Origin: the human T2T-CHM13v2.0 reference genome, Homo sapiens
DNA: 64,000 nucleotides
Assembly: GCF_009914755.1 (NCBI RefSeq)
Contig: NC_060925.1
Strand: one strand, 5' to 3'
A program made the translations under genes and the position numbers. Below, piece by piece: positions 1 to 11,200 of the stretch. The notes under the pieces were generated by a model. That model worked only from the letters and a program-made list of their open reading frames with translations, made no database searches and had not been told where the DNA came from. The first letter of the stretch is position 1. Each line of letters starts with the position of its first letter.

Positions 1-202
1 GGAATGATTCTGTCTAGTTTTGAAACGAAGATATTTCCTTTTCTGCCGTTGACCTTAAAGCGCTTGAAATCTACACTTGCAAATTGCACAAATAGAGTGT
101 TTCAAATCTGCTCTGTCTAAGGGAACGTTCAACTCTGTGAGTTGAATGCACACAACACATGAAGTTACTGGGAATTCTTCTGTCTAGCCTTACATGAAAA
201 AA

Positions 203-219
203 ACCCGTTTCCAACGAAG
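203..219 (-). promoter_or_regulatory. CENP-B box of marker dimer M2 (ACCCGTTTCCAACGAAG variant, core intact)
   Basis: Preceded by CCTTACATG and an A-run instead of GAAGAAAT. All 9 essential core positions are retained. Confidence 0.9.
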
Positions 220-542
220 GCCTCTAAGTGGTCAAAATATCCACGTGCAGACTTTACAAACAGAGTGTTTCCAAACCGCTGAATGAAAAGAAAAGTTAAA
301 CTCTGAGAGTTCAACGCACACATCACGCAGCAGTTTCTGAGAATGATTCTGTCTAGTTTTTATACGAAGATATTTCCTTTTCTGCCTTTGGCCCCAAAGC
401 GCTTGAAATCTCCACTTGCAAATTCCACAAAAACAGTGTTTCAAATCTGCTCTCTCTAAATGAAAGTTCAACTCTGTCAGTTGAATACACACAACACAAG
501 GAAGTTACTGAGAATTCTTCTGTCTAGCATAATATGAAGAAA

Positions 543-559
543 TCCCGTTTCCAACGAAG
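543..559 (-). promoter_or_regulatory. CENP-B box (representative; one box position per ~340-bp dimer, about 188 in the window)
   Basis: + strand TCCCGTTTCCAACGAAG is the reverse complement of CTTCGTTGGAAACGGGA and matches the canonical 17-bp box with core NTTCGNNNNANNCGGGN. Confidence 0.97.
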
Positions 560-1393
560 GCCTCAAAGGGGTCTGAATATCCACTTGCAGACTTTATAAA
601 CAGAGTGTTTACTAACTGCTCTATGAAAAGAAAGGTTAAACTCTGTGAGTTGAACACACACATCACAAAGGAGTTTCTGAGAATCATTCTGTCTAGTTTT
701 TCTACGAAGATATTTCCTTTTCTACTATTGACCTGAAAGCGGCTGAAATCTCCACTTGCAAATTCCACAAAAAGAGTGTTTCAAGTCTGCTCTGTGTAAA
801 GGATCGTTCAACTCTGTGAGTTGAATACACACAACACAAGGAAGTTACTGAGAATTCTTCTGTCTAGCAGAATAGGAAGAAATCCCGTTTCCAACGAAGG
901 CCTCAAAGAGGTCTGAATATCCACTTGCAGACTTTACAAACAGAGTGTTTCCTAACTGCTCTATGAGAAGAAAAGTTAAACTCTGTGAGTTGAACGCACA
1001 CATCACAAAGGAGTTTCTGAGAATCGTTCTGTCTAGTTTCTATAGGAAGATATTTCCTATTCTACCATTGACCTCAAAGCGGCTGAAATCTCCACTTGCA
1101 AATTCCACAAAAAGAATGTTTCAAGTCTGCTCTGTGTAAAGGATCGTTCAACTCTGTGAGTTGAATACACACAACACAAGGAAGTTACTGAGAATTATTC
1201 TGTCTAGCAAAATATGAAGAAATCCCGTTTCCAACGAAGGCCTCAAAGAGGTCTGAATATCCACTTGCAGACTTTACAAACAGAGTGTTTCCTAACTGCT
1301 CTATGAAAAGAATAGTTAAACTCTGTGAGTTGAACGCACACATCACAAAGGAGTTTATGAGAATCATTCTGTCTAGTCTTTATACGAAGATAT

Positions 1394-1410
1394 TTCCTTT
1401 TCTACCATTG
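1394..1410 (+). other. pJalpha-type (A-monomer) box, representative
   Basis: TTCCTTTTCTACCATTG lies at the position homologous to the CENP-B box in the alternate monomer and resembles the pJalpha motif TTCCTTTTYCACCRTAG. Confidence 0.7.
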
Positions 1411-2269
1411 ACCTCAAAGCGGCTGAAATCTCCACTTTCAAATTCCACAAAAAGAGTGTTTCAAGTCTGCTCTGTGTAAAGGATCGTTCAAATCTGTGAG
1501 TAGAATACACACAACACAAGGAAGTCACTGAGAATTCTTCTGTCTAGCAGAATATGAAGAAACCCCGTTTCCAACGAAGGCCTCAAGGAGGTCTGAATAT
1601 CCACTTGCAGACTTTACAAACAGAGTGTTTCCTAACTGCTCTATGAAAAGAAAGGTTAAACTCTGTGAGTTGAACGCACACATCACAAAGGAGTTTATGA
1701 GAATCATTCTGTCTAGTTTCTATAAGAAGATATTTCCTATTCTACCATTGACCTCAAAGCGGCTGAAATCTCCACTTGCAAATTCGACAAAAAGAGTGTT
1801 TCAAGCCTGCTCTCTGTAAAGGATCCTTCAACTCTGTGAGTTGAATACACACAACACAAGGAAGTTACTGAGAATTCTTCTGTCTAGCAGAATATGAAGA
1901 AATCCCGTTTCCAACGAAGGCCACAAGATGTCAGAATATCCACTTGCAGACTTTACAAACAGAGTGTTTCCTAACTGCTCTATGAACAGAAAGGTTAAAC
2001 TCTGTGAGTTGAACGAACACATCACAACGCAGTTTGTGGGAATGATTCTGTCTAGTTTTGAAACGAAGATATTTCCTTTTCTGCCGTTGACCTTAAAGCG
2101 CTTGAAATCTACACTTGCAAATTGCACAAATAGAGTGTTTCAAATCTGCTCTGTCTAAGGGAACGTTCAACTCTGTGAGTTGAATGCACACAACACAAGG
2201 AAGTTACTGGGAATTCTTCTGTCTAGCCTTACATGAAAAAACCCGTTTCCAACGAAGGCCTCTAAGTGG

Positions 2270-5200
2270 TCAAAATATACACGTGCAGACTTTACAAACA
2301 GAGTGTTTCCAAACCGCTGAATGAAAAGAAAAGTTAAGCTCTGAGAGTTGAACGCACACATCACGCAGCAGTTTCTGAGAATGATTCTGTCTAGTTTTTA
2401 TACGAAGATATTTCCTTTTCTGCCTTTGGCCCCAAAGCGCTTGAAATCTCCACTTGCAAATTCCACAAAAACAGTGTTTCAAATCTGCTCTCTCTAAATG
2501 AAAGTTCAACTCTGTCAGTTGAATACACACAACACAAGGAAGTTACTGAGAATTCTTCTGTCTAGCATAATATGAAGAAATCCCGTTTCCAACGAAGGCC
2601 TCAAAGGGGTCTGAATATCCACTTGCAGACTTTATAAACAGAGTGTTTACTAACTGCTCTATGAAAAGAAAGGTTAAACTCTGTGAGTTGAACACACACA
2701 TCACAAAGGAGTTTCTGAGAATCATTCTGTCTAGTTTTTCTACGAAGATATTTCCTTTTCTACTATTGACCTGAAAGCGGCTGAAATCTCCACTTGCAAA
2801 TTCCACAAAAAGAGTGTTTCAAGTCTGCTCTGTGTAAAGGATCGTTCAACTCTGTGAGTAGAATACACACAACACAAGGAAGTCACTGAGAATTCTTCTG
2901 TCTAGCAGAATATGAAGAAATCCCGTTTCCAACGAAGGCCTCAAGGAGGTCTGAATATCCACTTGCAGACTTTACAAACAGAGTGTTTCCTAACTGCTCT
3001 ATGAAAAGAAAGGTTAAACTCTGTGAGTTGAACGCACACATCACAAAGGAGTTTATGAGAATCATTCTGTCTAGTTTCTATAAGAAGATATTTCCAATTC
3101 TACCATTGACCTCAAAGCGGCTGAAATCTCCACTTGCAAATTCGACAAAAAGAGTGTTTCAAGCCTGCTCTCTGTAAAGGATCCTTCAACTCTGTGAGTT
3201 GAATACACACAACACAAGGAAGTTACTGAGAATTATTCTGTCTAGCAGAATAGGAAGAAATCCCGTTTCCAACGAAGGCCTCAAAGAGGTCTGAATATCC
3301 ACTTGCAGACTTTACAAACAGAGTGTTTCCTAACTGCTCTATGAAAAGAAAGGTTAAACTCTGTGAGTTGAACACACACATCACAAAGGAGTTTCTGAGA
3401 ATCGTTCTGTCTAGTTTCTATAGGAAGATATTTCCTATTCTACCATTGACCTCAAAGCGGCTGAAATCTCCACTTGCAAATTCCACAAAAAGAATGTTTC
3501 AAGTCTGCTCTGTGTAAAGGATCGTTCAACTCTGTGAGTTGAATACACACAACACAAGGAAGTTACTGAGAATTATTCTGTCTAGCAGAATATGAAGAAA
3601 TCCCGTTTCCAACGAAGGCCCCAAAGAGGTCTGAATATCCACTTGCAGACTTTACAAACAGAGTGGTTCCTAACTGCTCTGTGAAAAGAAAAGTTAAACT
3701 CTGTGAGTTGAACGCACACATCACAAAGGAGTTTATGAGAATCATTCTGTCTAGTCTTTATACGAAGATATTTCCTTTTCTACCATTGACCTCAAAGCGG
3801 CTGAAATCTCCACTTTCAAATTCCACAAAAAGAGTGTTTCAAGTCTGCTCTGTGTAAAGGATCGTTCAACTCTGTGAGTAGAATACACACAACACAAGGA
3901 AGTTACTGAGAATTCTTCTGTCTAGCAGAATATGAAGAAATCCCGTTTCCAACGAAGGCCTCAAGGAGGTCTGAATATCCACTTGCAGACTTTACAAACA
4001 CAGTGTTTCCTAACTGCTCTATGAACAGAAAGGTTAAACTCTGTGAGTTGAACGCACACATCACAAAGGAGTTTCTGAGAATCATTCTGTCTAGTGTTTA
4101 TACGAAGATATTTACTTTTCTACCATTGACTTCAAAGCGGCTGAAATCTCCACTTGCAAATTCCACAAAAAGACTGTTTCAAGTCTGCTCTGTGTAAAGG
4201 ATCATTCAACTCTGTGAGTTGAATAAACACAACACAAGGAAGTTACTGAGAATTATTCTGTCTAGCATAATATGAAGAAATCCCGTTTCCAACGAAGGCC
4301 TCAAAGAGGTCTGAATATCCACTTGCAGACTTTACAAACAGAGTGTTTCCTAACTGCTCTATGAGAAGAAAAGTTAAACTCTGTGAGTTGAACGCACACA
4401 TCACAAAAGATTTTCTGAGAATCATTCTGTCTAGTCTTTATATGAAGATAGTTTCCTTTTCTACCATTGACCTCAAAGCGGCTGAAATCTCCACTTGCAA
4501 ATTCCACAAAAAGAGTGTTTCAAGTCTGCTCTGTGTAAAGGATCGTTCAACTCTGTGAGTTGAATACACACAACACAAGGAAGTTACTGAGAATTCTTCT
4601 GTCTAGCAGAATAGGAAGAAATCCCGTTTCCAACGAAGGCCACAAGATGTCAGAATATCCACTTGCAGACTTTACAAACAGAGTGTTTCCTAACTGCTCT
4701 ATGAACAGAAAGGTTAAACTCTGTGAGTTGAACGAACACATCACAACGCAGTTTGTGGGAATGATTCTGTCTAGTTTTGAAACGAAGATATTTCCTTTTC
4801 TGCCGTTGACCTTAAAGCGCTTGAAATCTACACTTGCAAATTGCACAAATAGAGTGTTTCAAATCTGCTCTGTCTAAGGGAACGTTCAACTCTGTGAGTT
4901 GAATGCACACAACACATGAAGTTACTGGGAATTCTTCTGTCTAGCCTTACATGAAAAAAACCCGTTTCCAACGAAGGCCTCTAAGTGGTCAAAATATCCA
5001 CGTGCAGACTTTACAAACAGAGTGTTTCCAAACCGCTGAATGAAAAGAAAAGTTAAACTCTGAGAGTTCAACGCACACATCACGCAGCAGTTTCTGAGAA
5101 TGATTCTGTCTAGTTTTTATACGAAGATATTTCCTTTTCTGCCTTTGGCCCCAAAGCGCTTGAAATCTCCACTTGCAAATTCCACAAAAACAGTGTTTCA

Positions 5201-8200
5201 AATCTGCTCTCTCTAAATGAAAGTTCAACTCTGTCAGTTGAATACACACAACACAAGGAAGTTACTGAGAATTCTTCTGTCTAGCATAATATGAAGAAAT
5301 CCCGTTTCCAACGAAGGCCTCAAAGGGGTCTGAATATCCACTTGCAGACTTTATAAACAGAGTGTTTACTAACTGCTCTATGAAAAGAAAGGTTAAACTC
5401 TGTGAGTTGAACACACACATCACAAAGGAGTTTCTGAGAATCATTCTGTCTAGTTTTTCTACGAAGATATTTCCTTTTCTACTATTGACCTGAAAGCGGC
5501 TGAAATCTCCACTTGCAAATTCCACAAAAAGAGTGTTTCAAGTCTGCTCTGTGTAAAGGATCGTTCAACTCTGTGAGTTGAATACACACAACACAAGGAA
5601 GTTACTGAGAATTCTTCTGTCTAGCAGAATAGGAAGAAATCCCGTTTCCAACGAAGGCCTCAAAGAGGTCTGAATATCCACTTGCAGACTTTACAAACAG
5701 AGTGTTTCCTAACTGCTCTATGAAAAGAAAAGTTAAACTCTGTGAGTTGAACGCACACATCACAAAGGAGTTTCTGAGAATCGTTCTGTCTAGTTTCTAT
5801 AGGAAGATATTTCCTATTCTACCATTGACCTCAAAGCGGCTGAAATCTCCACTTGCAAATTCCACAAAAAGAATGTTTCAAGTCTGCTCTGTGTAAAGGA
5901 TCGTTCAACTCTGTCAGTTGAATACACACAACACAAGGAAGTTACTGAGAATTATTCTGTCTAGCATAATATGAAGAAATCCCGTTTCCAACGAAGGCCT
6001 CAAAGAGGTCTGAATATCCACTTGCAGACTTTACAAACATAGTGTTTCCTAACTGCTCTATGAAAAGAATAGTTAAACTCTGTGAGTTGAACGCACACAT
6101 CACAAAGGAGTTTATGAGAATCATTCTGTCTAGTCTTTATACGAAGATATTTCCTTTTCTACCATTGACCTCAAAGCGGCTGAAATCTCCACTTTCAAAT
6201 TCCACAAAAAGAGTGTTTCAAGTCTGCTCTGTGTAAAGGATCGTTCAACTCTGTGAGTAGAATACACACAACACAAGGAAGTCACTGAGAATTCTTCTGT
6301 CTAGCAGAATATGAAGAAATCCCGTTTCCAACGAAGGCCTCAAGGAGGTCTGAATATCCACTTGCAGACTTTACAAACAGAGTGTTTCCTAACTGCTCTA
6401 TGAAAAGAAAGGTTAAACTCTGTGAGTTGAACGCACACATCACAAAGGAGTTTATGAGAATCATTCTGTCTAGTCTTTATACGAAGATATTTCCTTTTCT
6501 ACCATTGACCTCAAAGCGGCTGAAATCTCCACTTTCAAATTCCACAAAAAGAGTGTTTCAAGTCTGCTCTGTGTAAAGGATCGTTCAACTCTGTGAGTAG
6601 AATACACACAACACAAGGAAGTCACTGAGAATTCTTCTGTCTAGCAGAATATGAAGAAATCCCCTTTCCAACGAAGGCCTCAAGGAGGTCTGAATATCCA
6701 CTTGCAGACTTTACAAACAGAGTGTTTCCTAACTGCTCTATGAAAAGAAAGGTTAAACTCTGTGAGTTGAACGCACACATCACAAAGGAGTTTATGAGAA
6801 TCATTCTGTCTAGTTTCTATAAGAAGATATTTCCTATTCTACCATTGACCTCAAAGCGGCTGAAATCTCCACTTGCAAATTCGACAAAAAGAGTGTTTCA
6901 AGCCTGCTCTCTGTAAAGGATCCTTCAACTCTGTGAGTTGAATACACACAACACAAGGAAGTTACTGAGAATTATTCTGTCTAGCATAATATGAAGAAAT
7001 CCCGTTTCCAACGAAGGCCTCAAAGAGGTCTGAATATCCACTTGCAGACTTTACAAACTGAGTGTTTCCTAACTGCTCTATGAGAAGAAAAGTTAAACTC
7101 TGTGAGTTGAACGCACACATCACAAAAGATTTTCTGAGAATCATTCTGTCTAGTCTTTATATGAAGATAGTTTCCTTTTCTACCATTGACCTCAAAGCGG
7201 CTGAAATCTCCACTTGCAAATTCCACAAAAAGAGTGTTTCAAGTCTGCTCTGTGTAAAGGATCGTTCAACTCTGTGAGTTGAATACACACAACACAAGGA
7301 AGTTACTGAGAATTCTTCTGTCTAGCAGAATATGAAGAAATCCCGTTTCCAACGAAGGCCACAAGATGTCAGAATATCCACTTGCAGACTTTACAAACAG
7401 AGTGTTTCCTAACTGCTCTATGAACAGAAAGGTTAAACTCTGTGAGTTGAACGAACACATCACAACGCAGTTTGTGGGAATGATTCTGTCTAGTTTTGAA
7501 ACGAAGATATTTCCTTTTCTGCCGTTGACCTTAAAGCGCTTGAAATCTACACTTGCAAATTGCACAAATAGAGTGTTTCAAATCTGCTCTGTCTAAGGGA
7601 ACGTTCAACTCTGTGAGTTGAATGCACACAACACAAGGAAGTTACTGGGAATTCTTCTGTCTAGCCTTACATGAAAAAACCCGTTTCCAACGAAGGCCTC
7701 TAAGTGGTCAAAATATACACGTGCAGAATTTACAAACAGAGTGTTTCCAAACCGCTGAATGAAAAGAAAAGTTAAGCTCTGAGAGTTGAACGCACACATC
7801 ACGCAGCAGTTTCTGAGAATGATTCTGTCTAGTTTTTATACGAAGATATTTCCTTTTCTGCCTTTGGCCCCAAAGCGCTTGAAATCTCCACTTGCAAATT
7901 CCACAAAAACAGTGTTTCAAATCTGCTCTCTCTAAATGAAAGTTCAACTCTGTCAGTTGAATTCACACAACACAAGGAAGTTACTGAGAATTCTTCTGTC
8001 TAGCATAATATGAAGAAATCCCGTTTCCAACGAAGGCCTCAAAGGGGTCTGAATATCCACTTGCAGACTTTATAAACAGAGTGTTTACTAACTGCTCTAT
8101 GAAAAGAAAGGTTAAACTCTGTGAGTTGAACACACACATCACAAAGGAGTTTCTGAGAATCATTCTGTCTAGTTTTTCTACGAAGATATTTCCTTTTCTA

Positions 8201-11200
8201 CTATTGACCTGAAAGCGGCTGAAATCTCCACTTGCAAATTCCACAAAAAGAGTGTTTCAAGTCTGCTCTGTGTAAAGGATCGTTCAACTCTGTGAGTAGA
8301 ATACACACAACACAAGGAAGTCACTGAGAATTCTTCTGTCTAGCAGAATATGAAGAAATCCCGTTTCCAACGAAGGCCTCAAGGAGGTCTGAATATCCAC
8401 TTGCAGACTTTACAAACAGAGTGTTTCCTAACTGCTCTATGAAAAGAAAGGTTAAACTCTGTGAGTTGAACGCACACATCACAAAGGAGTTTATGAGAAT
8501 CATTCTGTCTAGTTTCTATAAGAAGATATTTCCTATTCTACCATTGACCTCAAAGCGGCTGAAATCTCCACTTGCAAATTCGACAAAAAGAGTGTTTCAA
8601 GCCTGCTCTCTGTAAAGGATCCTTCAACTCTGTGAGTTGAATACACACAACACAAGGAAGTTACTGAGAATTATTCTGTCTAGCATAATATGAAGAAATC
8701 CCGTTTCCAACGAAGGCCTCAAAGAGGTCTGAATATCCACTTGCAGACTTTACAAACAGAGTGTTTCCTAACTGCTCTATGAGAAGAAAAGTTAAACTCT
8801 GTGAGTTGAACGCACACATCACAAAAGATTTTCTGAGAATCATTCTGTCTTGTCTTTATACGAAGATATTTCCTTTTCTACCATTGACCTCAAAGCGGCT
8901 GAAATCTCCACTTGCAAATTCCACAAAAAGAGTGTTTCAAGTCTGCTCTGTGTAAAGGATCGTTCAACTCTGTGAGTAGAATACACACAACACAAGGAAG
9001 TCACTGAGAATTCTTCTGTCTAGCAGAATATGAAGAAATCCCGTTTCTAACGAAGGCCTCAAGGAGGTCTGAATATCCACTTGCAGACTTTACAAACAGA
9101 GTGTTTCCTAACTGCTCTATGAACAGAAAGGTTAAACTCTGTGAGTTGAACGCACACATCACAAAGGAGTTTCTGAGAATCAATCTGTCTAGTCTTTATA
9201 CGAAGATATTTACTTTTCTACCATTGACTTCAAAGCGGCTGAAATCTCCACTTGCAAATTCCACAAAAAGAGTGTTTCAAGTCTGCTCTGTGTAAAGGAT
9301 CATTCAACTCTGTGAGTTGAATAAACACAACACAAGGAAGTTACTGAGAATTCTTCTGTCTAGCAGAATATGAAGAAATCCCGTTTCCAACGAAGGCCTC
9401 AAGGAGGTCTGAATATCCACTTGCAGACTTTACAAACAGAGTGTTTCCTAACTGCTCTATGAAAAGAAAGGTTAAACTCTGTGAGTTGAACGCACACATC
9501 ACAAAGGAGTTTCTGAGAATCATTCTGTCTAGTTTCTATAAGAAGATATTTCCTATTCTACCATTGACCTCAAAGCGGCTGAAATCTCCAATTGCAAATT
9601 CGACAAAAAGAGTGTTTCAAGCCTGCTCTCTGTAAAGGATCCTTCAACTCTGTGAGTTGAATACACACAACACAAGGAAGTTACTGAGAATTCTTCTGTC
9701 TAGCATAATATGAAGAAATCCCGTTTCCAACGAAGGCCTCAAAGAGGTCTGAATATCCACTTGCACACTTTACAAACAGAGTGTTTCCTAACTGCTCTAT
9801 GAGAAGAAAAGTTAAACTCTGTGAGTTGAACGCACACATCACAAAAGATTTTCTGAGAATCATTCTGTCTTGTCTTTATATGAAGATAGTTTCCTTTTCT
9901 ACCATTGACCTCAAAGCGGCTGAAATCTCCACTTGCAAATTCCACAAAAAGAGTGTTTCAAGTCTGCTCTGTGTAAAGGATCGTTCAACTCTGTGAGTTG
10001 AATACACACAACACAAGGAAGTTACTGAGAATTCTTCTGTCTAGCAGAATATGAAGAAATCCCGTTTCCAACGAAGGCCACAAGATATCAGAATATCCAC
10101 TTACAGACTTTACAAACAGAGTGTTTCCTAACTGCTGTATGAACAGAAAGGTTAAACTCTGTGAGTTGAACGAACACATCACAACGCAGTTTGTGGGAAT
10201 GATTCTGTCTAGTTTTGAAACGAAGATATTTCCTTTTCTGCCGTTGACCTTAAAGCGCTTGAAATCTACACTTGCAAATTGCACAAATAGAGTGTTTCAA
10301 ATCTGCTCTGTCTAAGGGAACGTTCAACTCTGTGAGTTGAATGCACACAACACAAGGAAGTTACTGGGAATTCTTCTGTCTAGCCTTACATGAAAAAACC
10401 CGTTTCCAACGAAGGCCTCTAAGTGGTCAAAATATACACGTGCAGACTTTACAAACAGAGTGTTTCCAAACCGCTGAATGAAAAGAAAAGTTAAGCTCTG
10501 AGAGTTGAACGCACACATCACGCAGCAGTTTCTGAGAATGATTCTGTCTAGTTTTTATACGAAGATATTTCCTTTTCTGCCTTTGGCCCCAAAGCGCTTG
10601 AAATCTCCACTTGCAAATTCCACAAAAACAGTGTTTCAAATCTGCTCTCTCTAAATGAAAGTTCAACTCTGTCAGTTGAATACACACAACACAAGGAAGT
10701 TACTGAGAATTCTTCTGTCTAGCATAATATGAAGAAATCCCGTTTCCAACGAAGGCCTCAAAGGGGTCTGAATATCCACTTGCAGACTTTATAAACAGAG
10801 TGTTTACTAACTGCTCTATGAAAAGAAAGGTTAAACTCTGTGAGTTGAACACACACATCACAAAGGAGATTCTGAGAATCATTCTGTCTAGTTTTTCTAC
10901 GAAGATATTTCCTTTTCTACTATTGACCTGAAAGCGGCTGAAATCTCCACTTGCAAATTCCACAAAAAGAGTGTTTCAAGTCTGCTCTGTGTAAAGGATC
11001 GTTCAACTCTGTGAGTTGAATACACACAACACAAGGAAGTTACTGAGAATTCTTCTGTCTAGCAGAATAGGAAGAAATCCCGTTTCCAACGAAGGCCTCA
11101 AAGAGGTCTGAATATCCACTTGCAGACTTTACAAACAGAGTGTTTCCTAACTGCTCTATGAAAAGAAAGGTTAAACTCTGTGAGTTGAACACACACATCA

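Larger units (their letters stand above)
232..2269 (-). repeat. HOR copy, 12-mer (2038 bp): M2-D1-D2-D3-D5-M1
   Basis: Distance between successive M2 markers (GGCCTCTAAGTGGTC...GGCCCCAAAG; 86-aa marker ORF at 232 and 2270). Dimer classes were read from diagnostic SNPs. Confidence 0.85.

Noticed and set aside
4560-4877. Longest ORF (105 aa; similar one at 57246-57563)
   Set aside because: It arises only because a TATGA>TAGGA SNP removes one stop codon in two M1 copies. There is no evidence of coding function.
9040-9056. CENP-B box variant TCCCGTTTCTAACGAAG (also at about 24673-24689) as a dead box
   Set aside because: The change lies in a non-essential N position of NTTCGNNNNANNCGGGN. It was kept only as a lineage marker.
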